Positions 15,101-30,100 of a stretch of 64,000 nucleotides of DNA are shown here, in pieces; position 1 is the first letter of the stretch; every line of letters starts with the position of its first letter. The notes beneath the pieces are model-generated. The model did no database searches. It had not been told where the DNA came from and saw only the letters and a list, made by a program, of their open reading frames with translations. Location of the stretch: positions 124,001-188,000 of the forward strand of contig NW_026781965.1 in NCBI RefSeq assembly GCF_031769215.1, read 5' to 3'. The stretch is from Ylistrum balloti. Lineage: Eukaryota. The position numbers were made by a program, and so were the translations under genes.

Positions 15101-18100
15101 TAAAGCTGTCACTGCACACTATAAGGCTGGCTGTAAGGCTGTGACTGGACACTATAAGGCTGTCACTGCACACTATAAGGCTGTGACTGGACACTATAAG
15201 GCTGTCACTGCACACTATAAGGCTGTCTGTGGACACTATAAGGCTGTCACTGCACACTATAAGGTTGTCTTTGGACACTATAAGGCTGTCTCTGGACACT
15301 ATAAGGCTGTGACTGGACACTATAAGGCTGTCACTGGACACTATAAGGCTGTCACTACACACTATAAGGCTGTCACTGCACACTATAAGGCTGTCTCTGG
15401 ACACTACAAGGCTGTGACTGGACACTATAAGGCTGTGACTGGACACTATAAGGCTGTGACTGGACACTATAAGGCTGTCACTGCACACTATAAGGCTGTC
15501 ACTGCACACTATAAGGCTGTCTCTGGACACTATAAGGCTGTGACTGGACACTATAAGGCTGTGAATGAATACATTAAGGTTGTCACTGCACACTATAAGG
15601 CTGTCACTGGTCACTATAAAGCTGTGACTGGATACATAAAGGTTGTCACTGGACACTATAAGGCTGTGACTGGATACATAAAGGTTGTCACTGGACACTA
15701 TAAGGCTGTGAATGGATACATTAAGGTTGTCACTGCACACTATAAGGCTGTCACTGGTCACTATAAAGCTGTGACTGGATACATAAAGGTTGTCACTGCA
15801 CACTATAAGGCTGTCATTGGTCACTATAAAGCTGTGACTGGATACATAAAGGTTGTCACTAGTCACTATAAGGCTGTGACTGGATACATAAAGGTTGTCA
15901 CTGGACACTATAAGGCTGTGACTGGATACATAAAGATTGTCACTGGACACTATAAGGCTGTGACTGGATGCATTAAGGTTTTCAGTGGACACCATAAGGC
16001 TGTGACTGGATACATAAAGGTTGTCACTGGACACTATAAGGCTGTGACTGGATACATTAAGGTTGTCACTGCACACTATAAGGCTGTCACTGGATACATA
16101 TAGGCTGTCACTGGTCACTACACTATAAGGCTGTGACTGGATACATTTACGCTGTCACTAGTCACTATAAGGCTGTGACTGGATACATAAAGGTTGTCAC
16201 TGGACACTATAAGGCTATGATTGGATATATTAAGGTTTTCAGTGGACACCATAAGGCTGTGACTGGATACATTAAGGCTGTCACTGCACACTATAAGGCT
16301 GTGACTGGATATATTAAGGCTGTCACTGCACACTATAAGGCTGTGACTCGATACATGAAAGTTGTCTGTGGACACTATAAGGCTGTGACTGGATACATAA
16401 AGGCTGTTCCTGGACACTATAAGGCTGTGACTGGATACATATAGGCTGTCACTGGACATTATAAGGCTGTGCCTGGATACATTAAGGTTGTCACTGGACA
16501 ATATAAGACTGTGACTGGATACATATAGGCTGTCACTGGACACTATAAGGCTGTGACTGGATACATTAAGGTTGTCACTGGACAATATAAGGCTGTGACT
16601 GGATACATTAAGGTTGTCACTGGACAATATAAGGCTGTGACTGGATACATATAGGCTGTCACTGGACACTATAAGGCTGTGACTGGATACATTAAGGCTG
16701 TCACTGGACACTATAAGGCTGTGACTGGATACATATAGGCTGTCACTGGACATTATAAGGCTATGACTGGATACATTAAGATTGTCACTGGACAATATAA
16801 GGCTGTGACTGGATACATAAAGGCTGTCACTGGACACTATAAGGCTGTCTCTTGATACTGAATGGTGCCACTAGATACTAAAATGATGTGTACTATAAAG
16901 TTGCCAGGAGAAAAAGTTATTTACATTGAAACTTCCCATCCCATGATTCAACCATATTGTGAAACAGCACTTAGGATAGTGCTGTTATGGTTAACCTCAG
17001 GAGGCTGTGTGCTGGAGCTAGGTGTGTGATTGACAGATATGAAAGTGATCCAGCCATACAAATTAGCTGGTGGTTTACCCAATTACTTGAGGCTAAACAC
17101 TGTCTATCATAAAGTTTGGAAACACACATTAATTCATCATCTCTTTCCTGCTGTTATGAATGAAATATTTGCTTAAACACTGTCAATGTAATGTGCGATA
17201 CAAAGTTTAAAAACAATTGAGTGTGTGGTGAGGCAAGTTATCTGATAAGGCAGAGTTTTACTGTAACACTGGAGACTGTCAACAGAACACCATTTTACAA
17301 TACACATCCTTACTTAATTCACACACAATAATATCTCACCATACCATGTACCACAAAAATCTTTCTGTCTCTGCATAATACATTTTATATTTACACTCTC
17401 AACAATATATAAAGTGTTTAGAATTTGACACAGATATTTAAAGAATGAACAACAGCTAGTTCATAAACTAGACACAAACAACTCATAAAGTGGACAAAGA
17501 TACATCATGAAGTGGACACAGATACATCATAAAGTAGACACAGATACTTCATGAAGTGGACACAGATACATCATGAAGTGGACACAGATACATCATGAAG
17601 TGGACACAGATACATCATAAAGTGGACACAGATACATCATGAAGTGGACACAGATACATCATAAAGTGGACACAGATACTTCATGAAGTGGACATAGATA
17701 TTTCATGAAGTGGACACAGATACATCATGAAGTGGACACAGATACATCATGAAGTGGACACAGATACATCATGAAGTGGACACAGATACATCATGAAGAG
17801 GACACAGATACATCATGAAGTGGACACAGATACATCATGAAGTGGACACAGATATTTCATGAAGTGGACACAGATACATCATGAAGTGGACACAGATACA
17901 TCATGAAGTGGACACAGATACATCATGAAGTGGACACAGATACATCATGAAGTGGACACAGATACATCATAAAGTAGACAAAGATACATCATAAAGGGAC
18001 ACAGATACATCATGAAGTGGACACAGATACATCATGAAGTGGACACAGATACATCATGAAGTGGACACAGATACATCATGAAGTGGACACAGATACATCA

Positions 18101-21100
18101 TGAAGTGGACACAGATACATCATGAAGTGGACACAGATACATCATGAAGGGACACAGATACATCATGAACGTGACACAGACAGCTAATGAACTGGCCACA
18201 GGTAGTTCAAGAACTAGACACAGATACCTCATGAAAATGACATAGAAGCTGATGAACTTGACACCTGAAACTGAAGACTGATGAACTTGACACCTGAAAC
18301 TGAAGACTGATGAACATGACATGACAAAGACAGCTGATGAACTTGACACAGACAGCTGATGAACATGATACAGACTGGTCATAAACTTGACACATAGCTC
18401 ATGAACCTGAAACTGATTGCTGATGAACTTGGCACAGACAGCTCATGAACCTGACACACATAGCTGAACTTGTTAAAGAAAGCTCTCCTGTGTGTATCTA
18501 TTTGTGTTTAAATCATCGTTGATTAAGCCATTTGTTATGAACAGTATTTTACTACAGAACCTTATTTCTCTCTATTATTTTGTTGTATATTGGAATACTA
18601 ACCATCGATCCCTTTGCTGTTGTCTGTAACATCAATGGTAAGATTCAAAGGAAAAAATCATATAATTCCACACAATGCATATACACAAAAAGTAAGCAGA
18701 TTTCAAAGAAAGAATCATTCTAAAAATAAACTGGAAATATTCTAGATTTTTCTCCCATTAGCTCCTGATTCTCTTTCTGAATAACTACAATGTAAAATTC
18801 CTGCAGCATAGTGTGGTGTAACTTCAAAGCAATGTCTAATAGGTATTTTCCAACTCTAAACAAAACACAGAAGGCATGGCCAATATCAGAAAAAAAAATA
18901 ACCCAAATACTCATTTTTCAAAAAGCTGTTTTTTTTTTGTCAGCAGAATCAGAAATTCTGTTGTTCATGTAGGTAACAAAAAAAATGCAATATTACATAA
19001 TACACATGTAACAAGTATGTGCCAGGAAACAGAAATGTTTCCTACAGAAATCAGGACACAGCTGGGTGCTTCCTTCAGGTACCAGGGAACAGACATGTTC
19101 CCAGTAACAGTCAGGAACACCTGGGTATTTTCTTCAGGTAACTAGGAAATGAAGATATTCCCTTTAGCAGTCAGGACACAGCTGTATTTCCTTCAAGTAA
19201 AAAAGGATACAGATGTGTTCACTTAAGCAATCAGGACACTGCTAGGTGTTCCCTTCAGGTAACCAAGAAAAGATTTCTTTATAATCTTTTTAGGTGAGTT
19301 AGATATAAGGTTAGTTAGAAGAAGTTGTTTAAAGATATTAAAAATTTGACCTCTATAATCTTGAATATGGGTCAAGGTCATTTCTATGTGCAATCTTTGT
19401 TGAGCTTCATCAAAGGAACACAAAAGCCAAATAACACAACATTTGGTCTGTTGGTTAAGAAGAAGTCGTTTTAATGGAAAAGTTGAAGCCAACCAGACAG
19501 ACAGATGACAAACAACAGCATTGCAAAACCTCACATGGTCCTTCAAGCCAGGTGTGAGCTAAAAATTAAAGTAAATTCTGTTTAGTCACCAAGTAGAGAT
19601 TTCTGTTTTTTCATAACAGTGAATAGCTCTTCAGAGCCAGATTTTCACAGGATGTGCGTATGACAAAAAACTTCTTGTATCTTGTATTCCATTCAAAAAG
19701 TGATGGATGTGTGTTAAATGTAGTTTAAGGGGATACAGTCACATCCCTTGATTTTACTTAGAGATAGTGATCATCTCTATAGCAATCAGATGATAGGGCT
19801 GTGTTCTATTTAGTGAATAACCAAAGAAGGACTTATTTTCTTAAGTAACCATTTTATAGTGATGTGTTCTCTTTGTCCAACAGACAATTACGACTGTTCT
19901 TATCAGAAAAGAGAGTCAGAGATATGTTCTGTTGAATACCTAGGAGACATGCTCCCTAAGAAACTGGGAGGTGTGTTCTCTCTGTATGTTTTCTTCACTA
20001 ACAACCATATCTGTATGTTCCCTTCACTAACAACTATCCCTGTATGTTCCCTTCACTAACAACCATATCTGTATGTTCCCTTCACTAACAACCATATCTG
20101 TATGTTCCCTTCACTAACAACCATATCTGTATGTTCCCTTCACTAACAACCATATCCCTGTATGTTCCCTTTATTAACAACCATATATGTATGTTCCCTT
20201 TACTAAAAACAATCCCTGTATGTTCCCTTCACTAACAACCATATCTGTATGTTCCCTTCACTAACAACCATATCTGTATGTTCCCTTCACTAACAACCAT
20301 ATCGGTATGTTCCCTTCACTAACAACCATATATGTATGTTCCCTTTACTAACAACTATCCCTGTATGTTCCCTTTACTAACAACTATCCCTGTATGTTCC
20401 CTTTACTAACAACTATCCCTGTATGTTCCCTTTACTAACAACCATATCTGTATGTTCCCTTTACTAACAACTATCCCTGTATGTTCCCTTTACTAACAAC
20501 TATCCCTGTATGTTCCCTTTACTAACAACTATCCTTGTATGTTCCCCTTACTAACAACTATCCCTGTATGTTCCCTTCACTAACAACCATATCTGTATGT
20601 TCCCTTTACTAACAACCATATCTGTATGTTCCCTTCACTAACAACTATCCATGTATGTTCCATTCACTAACAACTATCCCTGTATGTTCCCTTCACTAAC
20701 AACCATATCTGTATGTTCCCTTTACTAACAACCATATCTGTATGTTCCCTTCACTAACAACCATATCTGTATGTTCCCTTTACTAACAACTATCCCTGTA
20801 TGTTCCCTTTACTAACAACCATATCTGTATGTTCCCTTTACTAACAACTATCCCTGTATGTTCCCTTTACTAACAACTATCCCTGTATGTTCCCTTTACT
20901 AACAACTATCCCTGTATGTTCCCTTTACTAACAACAACTATAACAACCATATCTGTATGTTCCCTTTACTAACAACTATAACAACTATCCCTGTATGTTC
21001 CCTTCACTAACAACCATATCTGTATGTTCCCTTTACTAACAACTATCCCTGTATGTTCCCTTCACTAACAACCATATCTGTATGTTCCCTTTACTAACAA

Positions 21101-24100
21101 CTATCCCTGTATGTTCCCTTCACTAACAACTATCCCTGTATGTTCCCTTCACTAACAACCATATCTGTATTTTCCCTTTACTAACAACCATATCTGTATG
21201 TTCCCTTTACTAACAACTATCCCTGTATGTTCCCTTCACTAACAACTATCCCTGTATGTTCCCTTCACTAACAACCATATCTGTATGTTCCCTTTACTAA
21301 CAACTATCCCTGTATGTTCCCTTTACTAACAACCATATCTGTATGTTCCCTTTACTAACAACTATCCCTGTATGTTCCCTTTTTCTAACAACTATCCCTG
21401 TATGTTCCCTTCACTAACAACCATATCTGTATGTTCCCTTTACTAACAACCATATCTGTATGTTCCCTTTACTAACAACTATCCCTGACTGTTCCCTTTT
21501 CTGAAACAGAAGATAGGCATTCTACCTTTATTCACCAGGAAATTATATATACAATGTATTTTAAAGTTAAGTTAAAATGAGACCACATAAAATGTGTGTA
21601 GTGTAAGGGCTCAGGGGATAGGTTTGACATGTCTTTTAATTCACAACAAACTGATTTACCAATACTTTTAAAGTCCAAAGTTCTCAGTTCAGGTAAACCT
21701 AATAATCATAAGTCAAATGAAATGAGGCATGAACAATGACCAAACAAATTACCGTGCAGACAAGTTAAACAGCTGGAAATATCATCAGGATGACTGATAA
21801 CTTAAGACATCTGAGTTTCTGGTTCCAGACCTCAAGATAGCACAACACCAACCATTGAAACTGGACATGTTCTTTCCTAAACTTTACAACTTTGCATTGA
21901 TAGTTATTGGCCTCATCTGACCAGCCTCAGACCGAGTGGTATTCTGGCAGGCCTCCAGGACAATGGTCAGTTTCAGCTGAATCCAGCAATCTACTAAACA
22001 TAAATCTGTTTGATGGCCTTTGGTCAGCAGGCTCCTTACCTGCCTCATTAGCAGCTGATAGCCCCCTCTAGTGGTCTAGTTAGGAGTGACAAATGATGAC
22101 CAGTTTATGACCAGCCATCTTTTTATGATAGCAGAGGAAAACATGTCCAAGGTCCATACTTTTACAATTCAATAACTATCTGACAGCTCCCTACACTAAC
22201 ATCCTACAGATTATCTCACAGCTCCCTACACTAACATCCTACAGACTATCTCACAGCTCCCTACACTAACATCCTACAGACTATCTCACAGCTCCCTACA
22301 CTAACATCCTACAGACTATCTCACAGCTCCCTACACTAACACCCTTCAGACTATCTCACAGCTCCCTACACTAACACCCTACAGACACTCTCAAAACTCC
22401 CTACACTAACATCCTACAGACTATCTCACAGCTCTCTACACTAACATCCTACAGACACTCTCACAGCTCCCTACACTAACATCCTACAGACTCTCTCACA
22501 GCTCCCTACACTAACATCCTACAGACTATCTCACAGCACCCTACACTAACATCCTACAGACTATCTCACAGCTCTCTACACTAACATCCTACAGACTATC
22601 TCACAGCTCCCTACACTAACACTCTCTACAGACAATCTCAAAACTCCCTACACTAACATCCTACAGACTATCTCACAGCTCTCTACACTAACATCCTACA
22701 GACACTCTCACAGCTCCCTACACTAACATCCTACAGACTCTCTCACAGCTCCCTACACTAACGTCCTACAGACTATCTCACAGTTCCCTACACTAACATC
22801 CTACAGACAATCTCAAAACTCCCTACACTAACATCCTACAGACTATCTCACAGCTCCCTACACTAACATCCTACAGACTATCTCACAGCTCCCTACACTA
22901 ACACCCTTCAGACTATCTCACAGCTCCCTACACTAACACCCTACAGACACTCTCAAAACTCCCTACACTAACATCCTACAGACTATCTCACAGCTCCCTA
23001 CACTAACATCCTACAGACTATCTCACAGCTCCCTACACTAACATCCTACAGACTATCTCACAGCTCCCTACACTTACATCCCACAGACTATCTCAAAACT
23101 CCTAACACAAACAGTTCTTTACTAAATATCCCACAGGCTATTTGACAGCCTTGTACTATAACATTCAATAACCAAAACATATAAAATACAGACTCTATAT
23201 ACAAATGTATGTGACTGATCCCTAATTTCAAAATTTTCTCTTTAAAAAGAAACATGTATGACAAAACATTTCTGCTAACCAATACTTTCACCAAAGCCAA
23301 TTTGTAGGTCATACTTTCCAATTTACTTCTCTTGAAATGGCTTCGTCCATCACTCTGCAATGTCACATTCAGGAAATGCCAAGTTCTCAAAGAGAAAACA
23401 AGGGTAGAGACAATAAAATCACTCCAGTATCCATATATGTCTCTCACACATTAAGGCAGGAGGTCAACACCTGACATATGTCTCAAATCAGGGAGGTATA
23501 TTACAGAACAATACCAGCAGCTGGTATAACATTTGCTAGAACTTCATCTAAATCTATGATAGATAGGGAGTGTTCATTAGCTAGCGTCCACTTACTGCTT
23601 GGTAACTACAGTAAACACTCTACCCATATAACGAGTATGATATCAACAATTCATATTTTCACGAGATAATTTTCAATTCTGACATGATGATATATTGAAA
23701 TATCTGAATTTACCATTAATTATTGAGGAAATTCAGAAGTTACAATCCTACAGAAATTTTTAAGTTGATATGACAAAACTGCTGATGAATAAGTTATTTT
23801 CCAGTGGTAGGGTAAAGCTAGTATTTGTAATCTAAGTGGGGCGGTTCATTCCTATATGTTTAAGACATTATCAGAGTTTACCATTCACAGCCAATAATAA
23901 ATTTCTTATCAAAGAGCTTCAAACAGATTAAGAAGCATTTTTGTTTTTTAAATAAACATTTTTATTGAAGAATATAGTTTTTGTACATGTTCTCAGTCAA
24001 AATCACCATTAATGCTTACAACAGGTGACTGCCATCTCTAACTTCACTGAGATGTTCATGGCACCAGACGTCCACTTTATCATAATTAGCCAATGCTTTG

Positions 24101-27100
24101 CACATTTGTTAGGGCATATCAGACATACAGGACACTGAGATGAATGGCAGTGCTGGTTTGTGAGGAAGTAGAGTAGGAATACTGGGTTGGGATGAAAGAC
24201 ACACAACAAAATAGAGTTGAATGCACCGAAACTGCCCAGATAACAGAGCTTAAAGAATGGCTAATGAGAAGTGATTGTACATAAAATATGTTGTTTAAAC
24301 ATGGACTTGTAGTCTGGACTCGCTGCTCTGTTGATGTGATGAAGACCATAAATTCTGAGAGTAGATTTTTAATCTTGCTTGCACAAACACAGATATCTAA
24401 GACTTTTGGCATTATATGGGGACAAGATAGCATTTTAACAGTTCGTAATGCAGTTTGAAAGATCCACGTTACTCTTTACATTTCTGTAAATTACAATATT
24501 TCAATTTATAATTTGGTTCTCAAGAACAAAATCTTTCTGGAATGTGTCCAAACTGTGTAGTCACCCCAATCAAAGACAAGTAGTGCGAGTGTATGTGAGA
24601 CTTACAGCACACAGGTCCCCTGACACAACTTGTGATTACAAAGCATTATCATCAGCTAGTGAACAACAAGAGTCAATGACATTCACATATATATACCCTG
24701 ACAAATTTGCATAAGGACATTTAACCACAATATCATATAACAGTGGAAATGCATTTACATGTCAATCCCATCCTGGGAATGTTTGCCAACATTAATACAA
24801 AGAGCACAGGCCAATTTCATGCTCCAGGTAGTTTGAAATAGGGAAAACTGTGAAATGCTAGAAGCAGAAACATGATTTTGAAAATCTGTTTAAAGGAATG
24901 ATAGGGTAACATATCAAAGTGTCTGTGGTGTACTGGTGAGAGAAGGGTAACATATAAGGGTATCTGTGGTGTACTGATGAGAGAAGGGTAACATATCAGG
25001 GTGTCTGTGGTGTACTGGTGAGAGAAGGGTAACATATCAAAGTGTCTGTGGTGTACTGGTGAGAGAAGGGTAACATATAAGGGTATCTGTGGTGTACTGG
25101 TGAGAGAAGGGTAACATATCAGGGTGTCTGTGGTGTACTGGTGAGAGAAGGGTAACATATCAGGGTGTCTGTGGTGTACTGGTGAGAGAAGGGTAACATA
25201 TCAGGGTGTCTGTGGTGTACTGGTGAGAGAAGGGTAACATATAAGGGTATCTGTTGTGTACTGATGAGAGAAGGGTAACATATCAAAGTGTCTGTGGTGT
25301 ACTGGAGAGAGAAGAGTAACATATCAGGGTGTCTGTGGTGTACTGGTGAGAGAAGGGTAACATATCAAAGTGTCTGCGGTGTACTGGTTAGAGAAGGGTA
25401 ACATATAAGGGTATTTGTGGTGTACTGATGAGAGAAGGGTAACATATCAAAGTGTCTGTGGTGTTTTGATGAGAGAAGGGTAACATATCAGGGTGTCTGT
25501 GGTGTACTACGAGAGAAGGGTAACATATCAGGGTGTCTGTGGTGTTTTGATGAAAGAAGGGTAACATATCAGGGTGTCTGTGGTGTACTGATGAGAGAAG
25601 GGTAACATATCAAAGTGTCTGTGGTGTACTGGTGAGAGAAGGGTAACATATAAGGGTATCTGTTGTGTACTGATGAGAGAAGGGTAACATATCAAAGTGT
25701 CTGTGGTGTACTGGTGAGAGAAGGGTAACATATAAGGGTATCTGTTGTGTACTGGAGAGCGAAGGGTAACATATCAGGGTATCTCTGGTGTACTGAAGAG
25801 AGAAAGGTAGTATATAAGGGTGTCTGTGGTGTACTGGTGAGATAAGGGTAACATATTAGGGTATCTGTGGTGTATTGGGTCAAGGAGGGTAACAAATCAG
25901 GGTATATTTGTTGTACTAGGGATTGAAGGGTAACATATCTGGGTGCATGTGGAGTACTGAAGAGTGGAGGGTAACATATTAAGGTATCTTTGGTATACCA
26001 GGAAGGGTAAGGTAACATATGGTATCTGTTTTTCCTGAGAAGTGGAAGGTAACATATCAAGAGTGTCTATTGTGTACTTCAGGGGGTGGGAGGGTAAGAT
26101 AGCGTGGTATAAGTGGTGTACATTTAAGGTTAGGTAATCTTTTAAGGTGGTAAAGGTACTGTGTTTAAGATAATCTATGTCTGACTATGGAGTATGAACT
26201 TTCTGTAGTAGAGATACACTGAAATACAATAACACAGATATACTAATGAAGAGATTTGTGTTACTGTATTGTGTTGACACCTGAATCACCTAACTCCACC
26301 ATGACATGCATTCTTCACCCTGAAAACATGTGATCCTTGAAACCTTCATACCACAAGTAGCAACCTTCATGTTCAAACCAGTCATGTGAGAAAAATATCT
26401 ACAGCATTCAAACCAGAGCTGGCAAATGTACTTACTGGAAATCTACACACTACAGCCATGTGCTTGTATAATGGACTTGTTAAATAACAGTGTTCCTGCC
26501 AGAACCATTTAATATAGGACCACAACCATTTAATACAAGAACACCAAATTACAATTTAAAACTAAGCAACATACCCAATCACACAAATTGGCTTTGAAAG
26601 TACGACATCCTCATGGGATTTCAAGTTTGTAAAACTGGCATTTTTTCAAGCAGGTACCTTCAAACCTTTACTGCAGGAGCCATCCTCAGAACTCAGACAA
26701 GAACCTTCACTAGTGGGACCACCCAACAATGATCAGGACCCTCACCTGCCTTACATACACCTGCCATCTCTTTTCTGGACCTGACAGGACTGTCCTGATC
26801 AAGTTTCCTGAACGTCATAATCAACAATGAACAGGAGTAGGAAGAGAAGCACATGGAATGTTTGGGCACTCTGGCGCACTTCTTTCACAGTACATTGCTA
26901 TTAGGAGCTATAAAGTTGTCTGAAAAGTGAGTCATCAGGACCTCTGGCTACCTTTCTTGTGTCACCACCTGGTCTTAGTTCCTGTGGCCTATATCATAGG
27001 ATTATTGATGATCAGAATGCGGAGATGAGATATAGGGAGCAGATTGTATCTGTAAAGAGTTCTAGAGTTGTGATGACTGTTCGGAGCTGTACAGTTGTAG

Positions 27101-30100
27101 TGACTTAGTAGGGATCTGTACAGATGTTGTGAGTGTGTGGGGATCCGTACAGATGTTGTGAGTGTGTGGGGAGCTGTACAGTTGTGGTGAGTGTGTGAGG
27201 AGCTGTACAGATGTGGTGAGTGTGTGGGGAGCTGTACAGTTGTAGTGACTTTTGAAATTTTGAACTTTGAACCTTTTTACCCTCACCCTTCATGCCCCTG
27301 GAGAGTGGGGACCATATGATTCAAAATTTTGTTTTGCCTTAACTATGGATGGAAAATTTCATTGGTTCAGAGTTTCTCCAGAAGATGTTGAAAAAGTAAA
27401 TTGTTGACGATGGATGATACAAGACACCAGCCAAATGGCAATCACGATAATTCCCCCATGAGACTTTGTCTCAGGTTACCTAAATATGTATTACTAATCA
27501 CTATTCCCTCATATCACAATGCCCACGACAAAATCAGTCTTGTAATACATGTTAAAGAAGTGATAAGAAGTGCATACAGTTTTACTGGAACTAATCTAAA
27601 AGAAATCACAATATTGTGTGGAAACCAACCTTTTTTCTACTTCTGATAATAATGGCCTTGACCTTTGACATTGAGACCTGAATGTCAATCCCAAGAAAGC
27701 ACTCTAGATGGAGAGAAATGGAGACGGAAGTAATCATGATATTAACTTAAAACTAAAACTTTTATTTACTTTACAGCAATTATACAAGTTTCATCAAATT
27801 ATATCAATCATAGTTGTTAGCCCGGATGGAAGTGTGCTGAGAGTGTTTACTAGTGGAAGAACACACAGTATCCACGGAAAAGTCTTGTGATCAGGCAAGT
27901 GAACCAATGCCTTTTCACGTCTGATCAGAAATCAAACATTTAGTTGAATGTCAGGCATATAAGAGCATAAAATAAAGACATCAGTGCTGGCTCTGAGGTT
28001 TGGACAACTTGTGTACTCCAAGAATGTCTTATCAGTGAAGACAACAATCAAAATGTCATCATCAAGCACATCTCTGTACCTCCATCACTGATCAAATCCT
28101 GCCCTTTATTACACAATCAAACTACCTGTAATTAACCAAACTACGATAACAGACATAAAAAATGTCCGCTTGAGTGTTAAATCAGCCGATCTATCCTGTT
28201 TACACCTCAGCTGTACTTATCAGCAAACGGAGCACAGGCAGCCAAGTAGTGTTACACGGCACATTGCACCCTCCCATACAGTACACACTTCATCAATGAT
28301 GAATGCTAGAAATTGCCCACTACCATACGACTTAACACTACATTATTTCAAATCTCTCTTCTGTACCAGGGTCCTCATTCAGATTTTCTTAAACATTTCT
28401 GTCTGGATTTGACAGACTGATTTTAGTGAGGATTGTCTAAGGTTGGCGTGGTAACACTGGATAGCGATCTCTGCTTGGTACATGATTCCATGTTTTTGAT
28501 ATGATTTCCATTACCAACAAGATATCATCAATTCATATAAAAAACATGATGCAACTTCAAATGCTGAGGTGTAACATTTCATTACGCGTCCAAACATCAA
28601 TCTTCCACAGTTCACATGTGGAGCACAGAGAAATATCCACCTACTGTCAGACCTACGCTCACAACTAATTCAAAACTGGTAAATACATTACATTGCATAC
28701 CAACACAACCTCAGCTTACACCTCCTGCCAACTTTACGGCCAAGCCTACTGAAACTGTTGTAAATAATGCAAACTTACTAATCTGTATCTTCTCTGAACT
28801 TTCTTTCAATTAAGATTGCATTGTTGTGGGCTCTTTAAATCTTCAGAAGAATTCTGTAGCTTTGAACGGCCAGGATTGCCTTAAAATTCATGATGCATTA
28901 AATGGGTGTACTTTCTATCAAGTTTGCAAATTACCATTAACTTGTGGGATTTAATGCCTGAATGTCACAACAATTTTCTCACAACAAATACAACTGTAGG
29001 CAATACAATCACGGAGACCAGGAAAAGCTATAAATTGTGGAAGACGGAGTGTGTAAACTGCCAGGGCTAACACAAGAGTACCTATCCATATGGCCAGCCT
29101 CTTTGGATACCACTGGCCCCACCATAACATACAGTAGAACTTGTCATAACACTGGCATATTGTTCCAGTTGATTAGCCTTGTTACATTTTCTATCCCTCC
29201 CACTCCATCTCCCCCCTCCCACTCTTCACTAGAATGTATAAGGTTTAAGTGTTTACAGGGTGAAATGGGGTCAATATGGAAAGAAAGAGGTCAAATATTA
29301 TAATGTCCGGCAATGCTGATGTAAAGTGGTAGTAGGTCAAATGATTAAAGAGGAAAGAGCAGTTTAATGACTGGGTGTAATACAAAAACATGAAAAGAAC
29401 ATTTGTCAACGACAGGGATGGTAAAAGGATTAAAAAAAGGACAATATCAAAGTAGAAAGTTAAAGAGAACATGAGATCTGTCGTTACAGATAAGTAAGAT
29501 GCGGAAGGATGTGTTATGTACAGACACATTACCTCTAATGTCAGCAGACAGGTGGGTAGGCCTACATAGTACACCCATCAACCTCACTAATCACTGCCCA
29601 TTAATGCTAAATACCTTTTTGTCTCTGGTATGTCATAATGAAGGAAGGGAAAATCAAGCCCAGGCACCAATATACACCATATAAATAAAAGCCTACAACT
29701 GTACCTATATTACAAATTCTCCCTTCCAACTTCACCAGCAATGGGTTCAATCACCTGACTGATTAAAGTTAAAATCATACAAAAATTAAGATTACGTCTA
29801 GAATCAAATACTAAATATACTGAATACCTGCTGATAATACCTGTAAGCTGACAATGATACATTAGCCTAAAACCTGAGATATCAACAATAAAATCTGACG
29901 AATTACATAGAGATCAGATCATACTTAAAACTTGAGTGAACAAACCTACAACCCAACACACAGATCATACTCAAAGTTTGAGAGAACAAACCTACAACCC
30001 AACACAGATCATACTCAAAGCTTGAGAGAACAAACCTACAACTCAACACACAGATCATACTCAAAACTTGACAGCATAAACCTACAACCTCACAGATCAT

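Noticed and set aside
22040-22075. 36-nt pseudo-exon with a strong donor CAG|GTAAGG overlapping the CTCF-like motif
   Set aside because: In the phase-1 intron it reads GAC CAC TAG (stop). At most a poison exon, with no support.
26746-26807. 62-nt candidate exon with a good donor (CAG|GTGAG)
   Set aside because: Phase is incompatible with exon 3 and the peptide has no collagen or NC1 character.
27281-27297. AG-GMKGE-GT collagen-like 17-nt micro-exon
   Set aside because: After the phase-1 exon 2 it reads GGG GCA TGA (stop), and its length breaks the frame.
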